A stretch of DNA of 64,000 nt, taken from positions 32,001-96,000 of the forward strand of contig CAWJGT010000006.1 in the NCBI GenBank assembly GCA_963842525.1. The letters run 5' to 3'. The notes beneath the pieces were generated by a model. That model was not told where the DNA came from, did no database searches, and saw nothing but the letters and a program-made list of their open reading frames with translations. A program made the translations under genes and the position numbers. This stretch comes from an uncultured Holophagales bacterium (GTDB taxonomy: Bacteria > Acidobacteriota > Thermoanaerobaculia > Multivoradales > UBA5704). This document shows, piece by piece, positions 10,514 through 19,750 of the stretch (positions are counted from its first letter, which is position 1; each line of letters opens with the position of its first letter).

Positions 10514-11968
10514 TTACCATGTCATCGCCATCTTGTTTTCCTTATTCCATGTGGCTTCGGCCTGCTCGAGCGACACCCGTGCCGACGGTTGGTAGAGGGC
10601 AAACAGCTTGCGCAGGTCCAGCGGGTCGATGACCAACTCCCTCTGCAGCCAGTGCTCCAAGGAATCGCCGCGACTGTCACACCTCACCTGGATTGAGCTC
10701 CCGTTCCAGGAGAGGAAGATCGACCCGAACTGCACGGCCAGCTCGTAGATCAGCTTTCCTACCGGTAAACTCATGGGAAGATGCTTCTCGTCGTAGCGGA
10801 TCTGGGGTGGCACGAGGTCGGCTCCCGAGGTGATCGACCTTCTCCCGTTGGCCGGCGGGACATAGAGCGAGTGCAGCCCCTCCGCCTGGCCGAGAGCGCT
10901 GTTCGACTTATCCCCGGTGAGGAAGAACGCGCCCTTGTGGAAGCTGAGCTGGCGCAGGAAGCCCTTGAACTGCTCGCGGATGAGCGTGTCGCCGAACGAA
11001 CCCTTCGGCGAGAAGCGGACGCTGGGAACCGCTCGTTTGACGTCGTCGCGCAGCCCTCGCAACTCGACCCGGGTGTCGAGGACCGGATCGGTCTCGCCGG
11101 TGATCAGCAGGCTGACCCCACGAAGGTCTTTGGCGAGATCGAGCTCGAGAATCTCCTGGAGGGCCCTGTATCCCATCCTTCCGATGTCGCTCAGCTCTCC
11201 TTTTTCGCCGCGGCTGTTGGCCGCCTGCTCGAGCTCGTGCATGACCGTGCTAGGCACGACGAGGAGGATCCAGTTGGGCGATGCGTTGGAACGGCAGGTG
11301 AAGTTCAGGGAGTCCAGAATCTGCTGCGTGACCACGCAGCCATAGAGGATGTTCGTGTCCAGCCCCAAGACGACGTCGTCGTACTGGCCGAGCCTGCCCG
11401 CGAGCTCGCGCCAGCGCTCCGAAAACAGAAAGCCCGTCCGGTAGAGGGCTTCGGTCACCAGGTCGCGCGGACGCTTCTTCTGCTCTTCCGGAGATGTCCC
11501 TCCGGAAACACCGTCGAGGTCCTCGCCTCCACGACAGTTGAATCCGCCCGGCGCGGGGGTGATCCGGAGCAGACTTCTCCCCTGGGAGGTGCCGACCACG
11601 ATCTGGCCCTGGGTCGCCAGCAGGTGGTCGAGGAGGAGCTGGTAGACCGGAAAGCTCACGAACTGGCCGTCGCCGGCCGGCAAGGATTGCGGATCGGCGG
11701 CATCGCTGGCGGAGCCGCCGGGGCGCAGGTGGAAGGAGGAGCAGGTGAAGACGGACTCACCAGAGCAGAGCGGCCCGATGTCCGCATCCGCCAGAGTAGT
11801 TCCGAAACCTGCGCTGAGAATGCGGTAGACCTCAGCGGCTTTCGAGATGCAGTCGCCGACCGAGACCAAGTCCAACTCCTCAGCTCCCCGGTTGAAGAGC
11901 GACAGACAGCTCAGCACGTACTCCATCGTCCGCTTGGCACCGACCGTCACTGCGGGTGTTTGATCCAT
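10514..11968 (-). CDS. Alba-like domain fused to a PIN-family nuclease domain
   Basis: N-terminus VTVGAKRTMEYVLSCLSLFNRGAEE...GDCISKA matches archaeal Alba. PIN motifs LGLDTNILY, VVPSTVMHELEQ, GDTLI, FLTGDKSN. Confidence 0.75.
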   Translation of the reverse strand: MDQTPAVTVGAKRTMEYVLSCLSLFNRGAEELDLVSVGDCISKAAEVYRILSAGFGTTLADADIGPLCSGESVFTCSSFHLRPGGSASDAADPQSLPAGDGQFVSFPVYQLLLDHLLATQGQIVVGTSQGRSLLRITPAPGGFNCRGGEDLDGVSGGTSPEEQKKRPRDLVTEALYRTGFLFSERWRELAGRLGQYDDVVLGLDTNILYGCVVTQQILDSLNFTCRSNASPNWILLVVPSTVMHELEQAANSRGEKGELSDIGRMGYRALQEILELDLAKDLRGVSLLITGETDPVLDTRVELRGLRDDVKRAVPSVRFSPKGSFGDTLIREQFKGFLRQLSFHKGAFFLTGDKSNSALGQAEGLHSLYVPPANGRRSITSGADLVPPQIRYDEKHLPMSLPVGKLIYELAVQFGSIFLSWNGSSIQVRCDSRGDSLEHWLQRELVIDPLDLRKLFALYQPSARVSLEQAEATWNKENKMAMTW

Positions 11969-11986
11969 GGCTTTCTCCGGCCGTGC

Positions 11987-13250
11987 CTAGTACGCCTGGA
12001 GCATCTCGGCCTGAGGCTCCGTAACGGGGACCCCGGCGGAGGGGAGATCGCGGAAGGAGAGCCTCCGATTGACTGAATCGACATCCACGACCTCGACGGT
12101 CAGGGGGTCTCCCACCCGTAGATCCTGGCTGAACAAACGATCGCGAAGCAAAGGAGTCATCCTGGTGTTGTGCAGCATCCCGGTCACTTGCCGATCCTCA
12201 TGGTTGATTTTGACCAGAGCAAAGCCCTTTTCTGGGACCGCCTTGTCGACACGCCCCTCGAGCATTTGCCCCCTACGGAACGGCCAAGCGGGGTCGCCTT
12301 TCGCCTGGTCCCTGGGAATCTCGATGAATTGAAGTTTCACCTCACGTTTCGCCTGGTTGATTTCGACGACCCGTGCTTTGATCTCAATCCCGGCCATTAC
12401 GTCTCGCGAGAGCTGCCCCTGCGGGATGAACCCGTGGATTCCGTAATTCATGTTTACCCAGGCGCCGGTCCCCTCACGGACGTTGACCACAACACTCCTG
12501 AACACCTCGTTGGTCGGGAACTCCTTCTCCAGCTTGGGCCAAGGGTTTTCTCCAAAAGTCAGAGAGTACTTCTGCTGGCCGTTGGAATCGACGACGAAGG
12601 CGCCTTTGAGCTTCCTTGCCGGTCTGCAGGACTCTGGTCAGATCCCTGGGGTTACGAGTCCAGGAGAAGTCCTCGACGCTCAGAAAGCCCTTGCGGCCGT
12701 CCCGTGCCTCGACCGTGGCGAACTCCGGCATCACCGACAAAACCCTGGCGGGGATCTCTTCGATCCCTGCCCCGATGAGTGGCATGAGCATCGCCTCGGC
12801 AGGGGGCTCTTTGCGAGCAGCATCGAGATTTTTTTGCAGATCGCGGGTCAACTGCAAGAGGCCCCTGCCCTCCTTGTATTGAATCTGGACGAACTGGCCA
12901 AGGTCGACCGGGACATCGTCCGGGTACATCGTGAGGATGAGAATTCGTTTGCCAATCACGTGGGCCAAGCCGACCTCATAGAGAACGTTGGGGCTCCGAC
13001 TCGTGAGGTCCGCGATGATCACTTCCGCTTCCTGAATGCCTTTCCACAATCGCTCGAGAAGAGTGCTGGCGCCGTATATTTCGTCTGCGCGGAGGGGGAC
13101 CATGCCAACTTCTCTGACCGTCTCCTCGATGACGTCTTTATAGTGCTCATCCCAGTCGAATTTCTGACCATCGCGTAACTCTTGTACGCCGTACGGCATG
13201 ATGACGAAACAGTTTCCCTTCTGCGGCCAACAATTTCTCGCAAATGGCAT
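11987..13250 (-). CDS. Nucleoside 2-deoxyribosyltransferase/TIR-like domain + three S1 (OB-fold) domains, ~420 aa (one frameshift near 12614)
   Basis: CFVIMPY...LRADE...ADLTSRSPNVLYEVGLAH. S1-like segments KGFLSVEDFSW, HGFIPQGQLS and TGMLHNTRM, with ENPW/DPAW linkers. Removing one base at ~12614 gives TGK-KLKGAFVVDSNGQQKYSLTFGENPWPKLEKEFPTNEVFRSVV and fuses the two predicted ORFs. Confidence 0.75.
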
Positions 13251-13260
13251 GAGCGTTTCC

Positions 13261-13557
13261 TCACCTTAAATGGCACGTGCCGACGCACCTGCCGGCACGT
13301 GCCCTGGTTGAGCAGCTCGGAGGCGCGGAAGCCGCGGTGCGAGGCTCGGTGCAAGTCCAGAGAGCTGCCTCCGAAGGTAATGTCAAAAAGTCCAAGGGTC
13401 CGAAGAAGTAATTATTCCAATATGTAGGTCCTGCGTGATGCTCTGAATAGAACCCGAAATCCGAAGGTGTCCGATATGCGTGAATTTGTGGTGCTTCGGT
13501 CGGAGGCAGCTCTCTGGGCTCGTCAGTTCTCCTTTCGGCGATCTCTATCGGCCGCAT
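13261..13557 (-). CDS. Possible small hypothetical protein leading the island operon
   Basis: ATG 13557 to TGA 13261 (MRPIEIAERRTDEPRELPP...YWNNYFFGPLDF...), ending 10 nt before the next start. Weak RBS and no recognisable motif. Confidence 0.25.
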   Translation of the reverse strand: MRPIEIAERRTDEPRELPPTEAPQIHAYRTPSDFGFYSEHHAGPTYWNNYFFGPLDFLTLPSEAALWTCTEPRTAASAPPSCSTRARAGRCVGTCHLR

Positions 13558-13655
13558 CAGGCGACCTGTTCTAATAGACACAGGTGCGCTCGGCTTTGTT
13601 GAGAAGAAGACGAGGAGAATGCAGCGGGAAGCAGGCTCCGGGCCACTGGAAATGG

Positions 13656-15051
13656 CTACCGGTTCGGGACGGAGGCGCCCAATCGCAGGGCACGGACCAC
13701 GAACGACGCCCGCTCCAGCGCCCGCGCGATCGCGCCCGGCCCGGGCGGCCGTTCGAACGAGTGGCGCATAGTCGCCGAGGCGCTGCGGCCAGGGATCGGG
13801 AGGAGGTGGAGGGATCAGGCCGCCGACCGCGGCGAAGAAGAGGAGCCAGCCCGCGAGAGCCGCGGCCACGCAAGGCACGGTGCGCAGGGCGGGCCGCCGG
13901 GCCGGGTGGAGCCAAGCCGCGAAACCCAGGGCGAGGGGGGGCAGGGCGTCTATCAGGAACCGCTGGCCGTAGCCGCCCCGGTTCGGCCACTCCGACCACC
14001 AGCCGTGGAGCACGGCGACCGCGAGGAACCAGACCAGGGCGACGAAGCCCCACCCAAGTGACCGGCGGGAGATCTCGCGAGAGGCCAGGAGGATCAGCCC
14101 CGCCGCGGCGAAGAGAAGAGCCGGATGGAAGAGGAAGAGGCCGTGGACCGGCGCGAAGAGCACGTTCCACGGCGACGCCGCGGTCACCACCCACCGGCCG
14201 CCATAGGGCGGAGCGAGCCAGCTCCCGAAACAGGCCCGCCACCAGAACGGCAGGGCCAGCAGCGGGAGGACGAAGCCGGCGAGGACCAGGAGGACCTCAC
14301 CCCCGGCCCCTCTCCCATCTCCCTTCCGCCCCCCGCCGGGAGAGGGGAGAAAAACGACCGCTGCCAATGCCGGCGGCAGCAGGGCGACCGCGCTGTAGCG
14401 CACCAGGACCGCGACTCCGATCACCATGCCTGCGACGAAGGCGAGCCGGCGGCTCCCGGTCTCCCGCTGCCGGACCAGGAGGAGCAGCAGGAGGCCAGCC
14501 AGCGCGAACGTCGGCGCGTGGGTCATCCCCACCAGCGCATAGAAGAGGAGCGGTCCGCCGAAGAAGGTGAGGGAGACTGCCGCCGCCGCGGTCCGCTCCG
14601 GGACGCCGAGCCGGAGCAGGGCCAGGGCGGTCCAGGTGAGCCCCAGGAGAGTGGCCAGGTTGCGCGCGAGGACGATCAGGGCGGCGCTCAGGAAGACCTC
14701 GCGCGGGACCCGCCCCGCCGGCGGCAGCTCGGCGCCGCCCGCGAGGAGCCCGTCCGGCAGCAGGCGGTCGAGCGTCCGGCCGGCAAGGAACGGCAGGGCG
14801 TCCAGCAGCGGGCCTCCGGGCGGGTACTGCGAGACGAGGTGCCCGTCGCGGCCACCGACCAGCCCGTTCACCACGCCGCGGTGGTCGTCCTCCAGCCAGA
14901 GGTCGCCGTCGTCGAGCACCGACCCGAGGACGGCGAAGCCCGCCCAGCCGTCGCCGCCCAGGCCGCGGTCGAAAACCAGCATGTGGAGCGCCGCGGCCAG
15001 GAGGGCGGCGGCGATCCAGCCGGAACGGAAGAGGTCGCGCAAGGTCGGCAT
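13656..15051 (-). CDS. Polytopic membrane protein, GT-C glycosyltransferase-like (frameshift near 13750)
   Basis: GGDG...SQYPPG, many TM helices, HGLFLFHP, GGYGQRFLID. The alternative frame after 13750 ends at TAG 13656. Contains an in-frame palindromic repeat. Confidence 0.6.
14295..14352. repeat. Palindromic repeat family A (CCCTCACCCCCGGCCCCTCTCCC...GGGAGAGGGG), in-frame in a CDS
   Basis: About 41 bp identical in reverse complement to the copy at 50055-50110; translated as PSPGGGRKGDGRGAGGE. Confidence 0.85.
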
Positions 15052-15091
15052 CAGGCCCCTGATAGAATCATAGAGAGGATCGACCACCCCC

Positions 15092-15454
15092 ATGCGCATT
15101 CCACCCGAGGAGTTCGAGGCCCTCGTCGAAAAGGCCCTGGAGGACCTGCCGGACGATTTCGCCGACCTGCTCGACAACGTGGTGGTGATGATCGAAGACG
15201 AGCCCGACCCCGAGGATCTCGAGTCCATGGGCCTCTCCCCGGACGAAGAGATCTTCGGCCTCTACCACGGCTGGAACCGCCTGCACCGCGACTCCCTGTA
15301 CAGCGGCGCACTGCCGGACCGGGTCCTCATCTACCGCGGGCCGATCCTCCGCCACTGCCAGAACCGCCGCGAGGTCATCCGCGAGGTCCGCGACACGGTC
15401 GTCCACGAGCTCGGTCACTACTTCGGCATGGAAGAAGAGGACATGCCGTATTGA
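15092..15454 (+). CDS. Zincin-like minimal metallopeptidase (DUF1025/Zincin_1)
   Basis: FGLYHG, LPDRVLIYRGPI, TVVHELGHYFG (HEXXH). Confidence 0.9.
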   Translation: MRIPPEEFEALVEKALEDLPDDFADLLDNVVVMIEDEPDPEDLESMGLSPDEEIFGLYHGWNRLHRDSLYSGALPDRVLIYRGPILRHCQNRREVIREVRDTVVHELGHYFGMEEEDMPY

Positions 15455-15468
15455 ATTGATCCCGGGCC

Positions 15469-16945
15469 TCACTCCTCCGCCCGCCCGAACAGCAGCTCGA
15501 CCAGCGGCCGGTCTTCCTGGCGGCAGAAGACGTAGACATGGTCTCCCGGCAGGAGCACCGTCTCGCCGCGCGGTGCGATCAGCTCGGTGCCGCGCACCAT
15601 GAGCAGGATCGAGGCGCGGTCCGGGAAGGGGATGTCCGCCACCGAAACGCCGCAGACCGGCAGCGCCGGGCCCACGTAGTACGACAGGATCTGGCCGTCG
15701 AGTGTCTGGGTCGAGCTGATCTCCAGCACGGCCGGCGAGGGGGGCGAGCCCTGGGTGCCCAGCCCCAGGCGGCGGGCGGCCCAGGCCACGGTGCCGCCGG
15801 GCAGGAAAGCGCCCACCACGACGACACAGAAGACGATGTCGAAGAGGGTCTCGGAGCCTTGCACGCCGGCGAGCACCGGGAACATCGCGAGGATGATCGG
15901 CACCGCGCCGCGCAGCCCGACCCAGCCGATGAAGAGGGTCTCCCGCAGTGGAAAGCGGAAAGGCAGCAGGCAGAGCAGCGCCAGGAGAGGCCGGGCCACG
16001 AAGCTGAGCAGCAGGGCGATGGCCATGCCGATCCCCGCCACCCCGAGGATGCGCAGAGGGAAGGACAGCAGCCCGAGGACCAGGAACATCGCCACCTGGC
16101 AGAACCAGGCGACCGCGTCATGGAAGCGGCGCACGCCGGTCTGGTACGGGAAGCTCGCCGTTGCCCAGCACGATGCCGGCGATGTAGACCGCGAGGAAGC
16201 CGCTGCCGTCGAGCACCGTGGGCAACCCGAAGGTGACCAGGGCGAGGGCAAGGGTGAAGACCGGATAGAGTCCGCCTGCCGGCAGCCGGCTCCAGCGCAG
16301 CAGGAAACGGCCGGCAAAGCCGAGCGCCACGCCGGCGGCGCCGCCGACGAGGAGCTGGAAGGGGACGTGCAGAAGGACCGCGGCGTCGGGGCTCCGCTCC
16401 CCGGTCGCGATCTGGGTCAGCGCCAGGGTGAGGATCACCGCCATGGGGTCGTTGAGCCCCGACTCGAGCTCCAGCGTGGCGCCGACGCGCTCGCGGAGCT
16501 GCAGGCCGCTCGCCCGCAGCACCGAGAAGACCGCGGCCGCGTCGGTCGATGAGACGATGGCGCCGAGCAGGAACGCCAGGCTCCAGGGCAGGCCGAGGAG
16601 ATGGGCGCCCACGGCGACCAGGGCGGCGATGCCCGCCACACCGGCGGTGGCCAGGGTGGCAGCAGGCCAGACGAAGCGCCGGAACGTGGCCAGCGGCGTG
16701 TTGAGGCCGCCGTCGAAGAGGATCAGGGCGAGGGCGATCGTGCCGAGACGGAAGCTGAGGCGGTAGTCCTCGAAGGGGACGATCCCCACCCCCTCCGAGC
16801 CGGCCAGCATGCCCACGGCGATGAACAGCAGGAAGACCGGTACCCCGAACCGCGCCGAGGTCCGGCTGAACAGCACGCTGACCGCCAGCAGCAGCCCGAC
16901 CAGGAGCAGAAGCAGGGCGGTGGTGTGGAGGTCGGGCTGGGTCAC
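15469..16945 (-). CDS. cvrA: K+/H+ antiporter NhaP2/CvrA with TrkA-C domain (frameshift near 16150)
   Basis: ILFDGGL, SSTDAAAVFSVLR, LELESGLNDP, WVGLRGAVPIILA; C-terminal RCK-C domain. Confidence 0.85.
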
Positions 16946-17111
16946 GAGGTGTGGAGCATAGCAACCAACCTCACCTCCCGGACCCGACGTTCCAGCGACC
17001 AGGACCGCGAGCCCCCGTCGGCTCCTGCGATGCCGTGGCCTCTGAGCTGGCCGCCCCCCGTCGCGGACCGCGGTCCCGGTCATCCGCCTTGGAAAACGCG
17101 GCCCCGTTTTC

Positions 17112-17312
17112 CGGTCCGTGTCGCAGGGACCGCGAAACCTGCTGCGCGGACCGTGCGTCCGGTCATCCGACGGGTGGTCCCAGTCACACGGACCGCGAAA
17201 CCGGACGCCTCGTGCCGGGTCCAGTCACTGGACCCAAGGTCCGCCTGACGCGTTGCGTGGTCCCAGTGACCGGGACCACAGGTCCAGAGCCCGGTTCAGC
17301 GGTCCGGGCTCC
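17112..17312. repeat. Degenerate 21-bp periodic tandem repeat (intergenic)
   Basis: GGTCC/GAAACC-started units at ~21-nt spacing, e.g. GGTCCCAGTCACACGGACCGC and GGTCCCAGTGACCGGGACCAC. Confidence 0.55.
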
Positions 17313-17336
17313 ACCCGAAGACCGGCCAGGGATAGG

Positions 17337-18983
17337 ATGGAGCAGTCCATGACCCGCTCTCGCCGCCGGCTCCTCCTTCTGATCGCGGCCCTGCCGCTCC
17401 TGATCGGCCTGTCGGCGGCCCTCTACATGGTTGGCATGGCGGCCCTGGAAGGGCAGACGCGGAGCTTCTGGCAGAGCGTCGTATGGGCGGCCGAGACCCT
17501 GACCACGACTGGCTACGGCGCCGACAGCCGCTGGCTCCACCCTCTCATGGTGATCTACGTGTCGCTGGTCCAATTCGTCGGCGTCTTCCTCGTCTTCCTG
17601 ATCATCCCGATCTACCTGATCCCATTCCTGGAGGAGCGCTTCGAGACCCGGCTGCCGCAGGACGTCCCGAAGGACCTCGCAGAGCATGCTGTCCTCTGGC
17701 GCTACGGCCCGGCGATCGAGACCCTCCTGGCCGAGCTGGCGGCGGCGCGCGTGCCCACCCTGGTGCTGGAGCCGGACGAGCCCACGGCGCGACGGCTTTT
17801 CGACCGCGGCCAGAAGATCCTCCACCGCGGGCTGAACGACGGCGCGCTCCAGGCTGCACGGCTCGAACGGGCGCGGGCCCTGATCGCCAACGGCACGGAC
17901 GACGAGAACGCCGCGCTGATCCTCACCGCCCGCCAGCTCGGCTACACGGGGCCGATCCTGGCCCTGGTCGAGGACCCCTACCACCGGCGCCCGATGATGC
18001 TGGCCGGAGCCACGGCGACCTTCACGCCGCGTCACATCCTGGGCGCGGCCCTCGCCGCCCGCGCCTCCCACCGCATCAGCCCGCGAGTGGCCGGCATCCA
18101 GCAGCTCGGCCGCAACCTGGAGGTCGCCGAGGTCCAGGTCCGCTCACAGAGCCCGCTGGCGGGCAAGACCCTGGAGGAGGCGGACATTGGCGCGAGGACA
18201 GGGGCGACCGTGGTCGGCCAGTGGATCGGCGGCGAGCTGGACGTGTTGGCCGGGGCCGGCGTCCGCCTGGACCCCGGAGGGACGCTGGTAGTGGTGGGGA
18301 GCCCCGAGAGCATCGACCGCCTGCGAGAGCTGGCAGAAGGGGCGGCTTCGGCCCGCCGCCACGGTCATTTCGTGGTCGGCGGCGGCGGCGAGGTCGGCCG
18401 CAAGGTGGCCGAGCTGCTGCGGGCCGTGGGCGAGGAGGTCAAGCTGATCGATCGCCGGCCCGGCCCGGACGTGGACCTGGTGGGCGACGTCCTCGACCTC
18501 CCGGTGCTGGAGGAGGCCGGGATCCGCGACGCCCAGGCGGTCCTCCTGGCCCTCGACACGGACAGCGCGACCCTGTTCGCCACTGTGATCCTCCGCGACC
18601 TGGCGCCGGAGGTGCCGGTGATCGCCCGGGTCAACGAGGCGGAGAACGTCGAGCGCATCCACCGCGCCGGCGCCTACTTCGCCCTGTCGATCAGCCAGGT
18701 CTCGGGCCAGATGCTGGCCAAGAAGCTCCTGGGACAGGACGCGATCGCGCTCGACCCGCAGCTCAAGATCCTGCGGGTCAGCCCGGACGGCCTGCAGGGG
18801 CACCACCCAAGCGATCTCGCGATCCGTGAGAAGACGGGGTGCTCGGTCGTGGCGGTGGAGAGGGGTGACCGCGTCCTGGTCGAATTCGGTTCCGACTTCC
18901 GCTTCGAGCCCCAGGACGCGGTCTACATCTGCGGCAGCTCGCCGGCGGTGCGGCGCTTCGGCGAGGTCTTCGGGCGGGGGTGA
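17337..18983 (+). CDS. Potassium channel protein with tandem TrkA-N/TrkA-C (RCK) domains
   Basis: Selectivity filter ETLTTTGYG; two Rossmann RCK domains (GGGEVG). Start 17337 or 17349. Confidence 0.85.
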   Translation: MEQSMTRSRRRLLLLIAALPLLIGLSAALYMVGMAALEGQTRSFWQSVVWAAETLTTTGYGADSRWLHPLMVIYVSLVQFVGVFLVFLIIPIYLIPFLEERFETRLPQDVPKDLAEHAVLWRYGPAIETLLAELAAARVPTLVLEPDEPTARRLFDRGQKILHRGLNDGALQAARLERARALIANGTDDENAALILTARQLGYTGPILALVEDPYHRRPMMLAGATATFTPRHILGAALAARASHRISPRVAGIQQLGRNLEVAEVQVRSQSPLAGKTLEEADIGARTGATVVGQWIGGELDVLAGAGVRLDPGGTLVVVGSPESIDRLRELAEGAASARRHGHFVVGGGGEVGRKVAELLRAVGEEVKLIDRRPGPDVDLVGDVLDLPVLEEAGIRDAQAVLLALDTDSATLFATVILRDLAPEVPVIARVNEAENVERIHRAGAYFALSISQVSGQMLAKKLLGQDAIALDPQLKILRVSPDGLQGHHPSDLAIREKTGCSVVAVERGDRVLVEFGSDFRFEPQDAVYICGSSPAVRRFGEVFGRG

Positions 18984-18995
18984 TCCCCCCGGCGA

Positions 18996-19304
18996 TCAAC
19001 CGGGCTCGCGCAGCTTTTCGATCTTGCGGTCGCGGCCCTCTTCGATGCGACGGCGCTCGCGGACGTACTCCTCTTCGTCTTCCTTCCGCTTGGCCGGGTC
19101 GTGGACCGCGCGCAACCGGTCCCTGTGGAGGATCTCGAGCTCGGCGAGCTTGGCCTCGGCCTGGCGCCGAGCCTCCCCGATCTCCTGGAGGGCCTCCTCG
19201 CCCAGCGCCTCCTCGCGCGGCTTGCTGATCCCCTGCTGCTCCATCCGTTCGAGCGCCAGCTCGTAGGCGGACTTCATCCCGGACGCCTTGTCTTTGTCAG
19301 CCAT
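18996..19304 (-). CDS. Small charged helical hypothetical protein
   Basis: MADKDKASGMKSAYELALERM...; coding-like composition. Confidence 0.7.
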   Translation of the reverse strand: MADKDKASGMKSAYELALERMEQQGISKPREEALGEEALQEIGEARRQAEAKLAELEILHRDRLRAVHDPAKRKEDEEEYVRERRRIEEGRDRKIEKLREPG

Positions 19305-19363
19305 GGGGTAAGCATACCCCTCCCCGACCCTCCCCCGCGCGTGGAAATTCCTGCGCGAGCCCT

Positions 19364-19513
19364 GGCCCCTCACCCCCGGCCCCTCTCCCATCCGCACTCC
19401 CTTCCCCCGGGAGAGGGGAGAAATGCATGATCAGGAAGATCCTGAGTGGGGGCTCCCCTCTCCCGGGCGGGTGTGAGTGCGGGTGGGAGAGGGGCCGGGG
19501 GTGAGGGGCCAAG
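19364..19513. repeat. Family A composite inverted pair (intergenic)
   Basis: CCCCTCACCCCCGGCCCCTCTCCC...GGGAGAGGGG, spacer containing GATCCTGAG, then an inverted copy ending GGGAGAGGGGCCGGGGGTGAGGGG. Confidence 0.85.
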
Positions 19514-19750
19514 GCGACGCCCCAGCAGAGTTTTCCAAACACCCTCTAAGTGGTCGGAGGTGACGCCATCGCGGGGACCCGCCGGGGAGGGGGCTTCTGG
19601 CGCGCCGATCACGCCAGATTGGCACGTTTCCTCCTGTAGACCCCTGAGCTTCCGGGCGCCTTCCCTCGGCACCGGATTTGCTCCAGGCCGCTCCGGTGAG
19701 TATCCTCACCACGCTTCGCATTCCAGCAAGACGAGAAGAGGAGACCTTCG

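Noticed and set aside
900-11968. Functional link between the Alba domain and neighbouring SIR2 domains, by analogy to archaeal Sir2-Alba deacetylation
   Set aside because: These are SIR2_2-type domains lacking catalytic residues, the Alba K16 position is Ala here, and the loci are separated by hslR.
12600-12620. Programmed ribosomal frameshift in the NDT-S1 gene
   Set aside because: No canonical slippery heptamer, and similar indels occur throughout the window.
10320-13650. Integrative element or prophage carrying the Alba-PIN island
   Set aside because: No integrase, transposase, tRNA target or flanking direct repeats were found by eye; only a compositional shift.
13261-15228. 655-aa ORF as a single protein
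   Set aside because: The 5' extension overlaps the zincin gene. The 3' tail arises from a frameshift near 13750 that reads into the AT-richer island.
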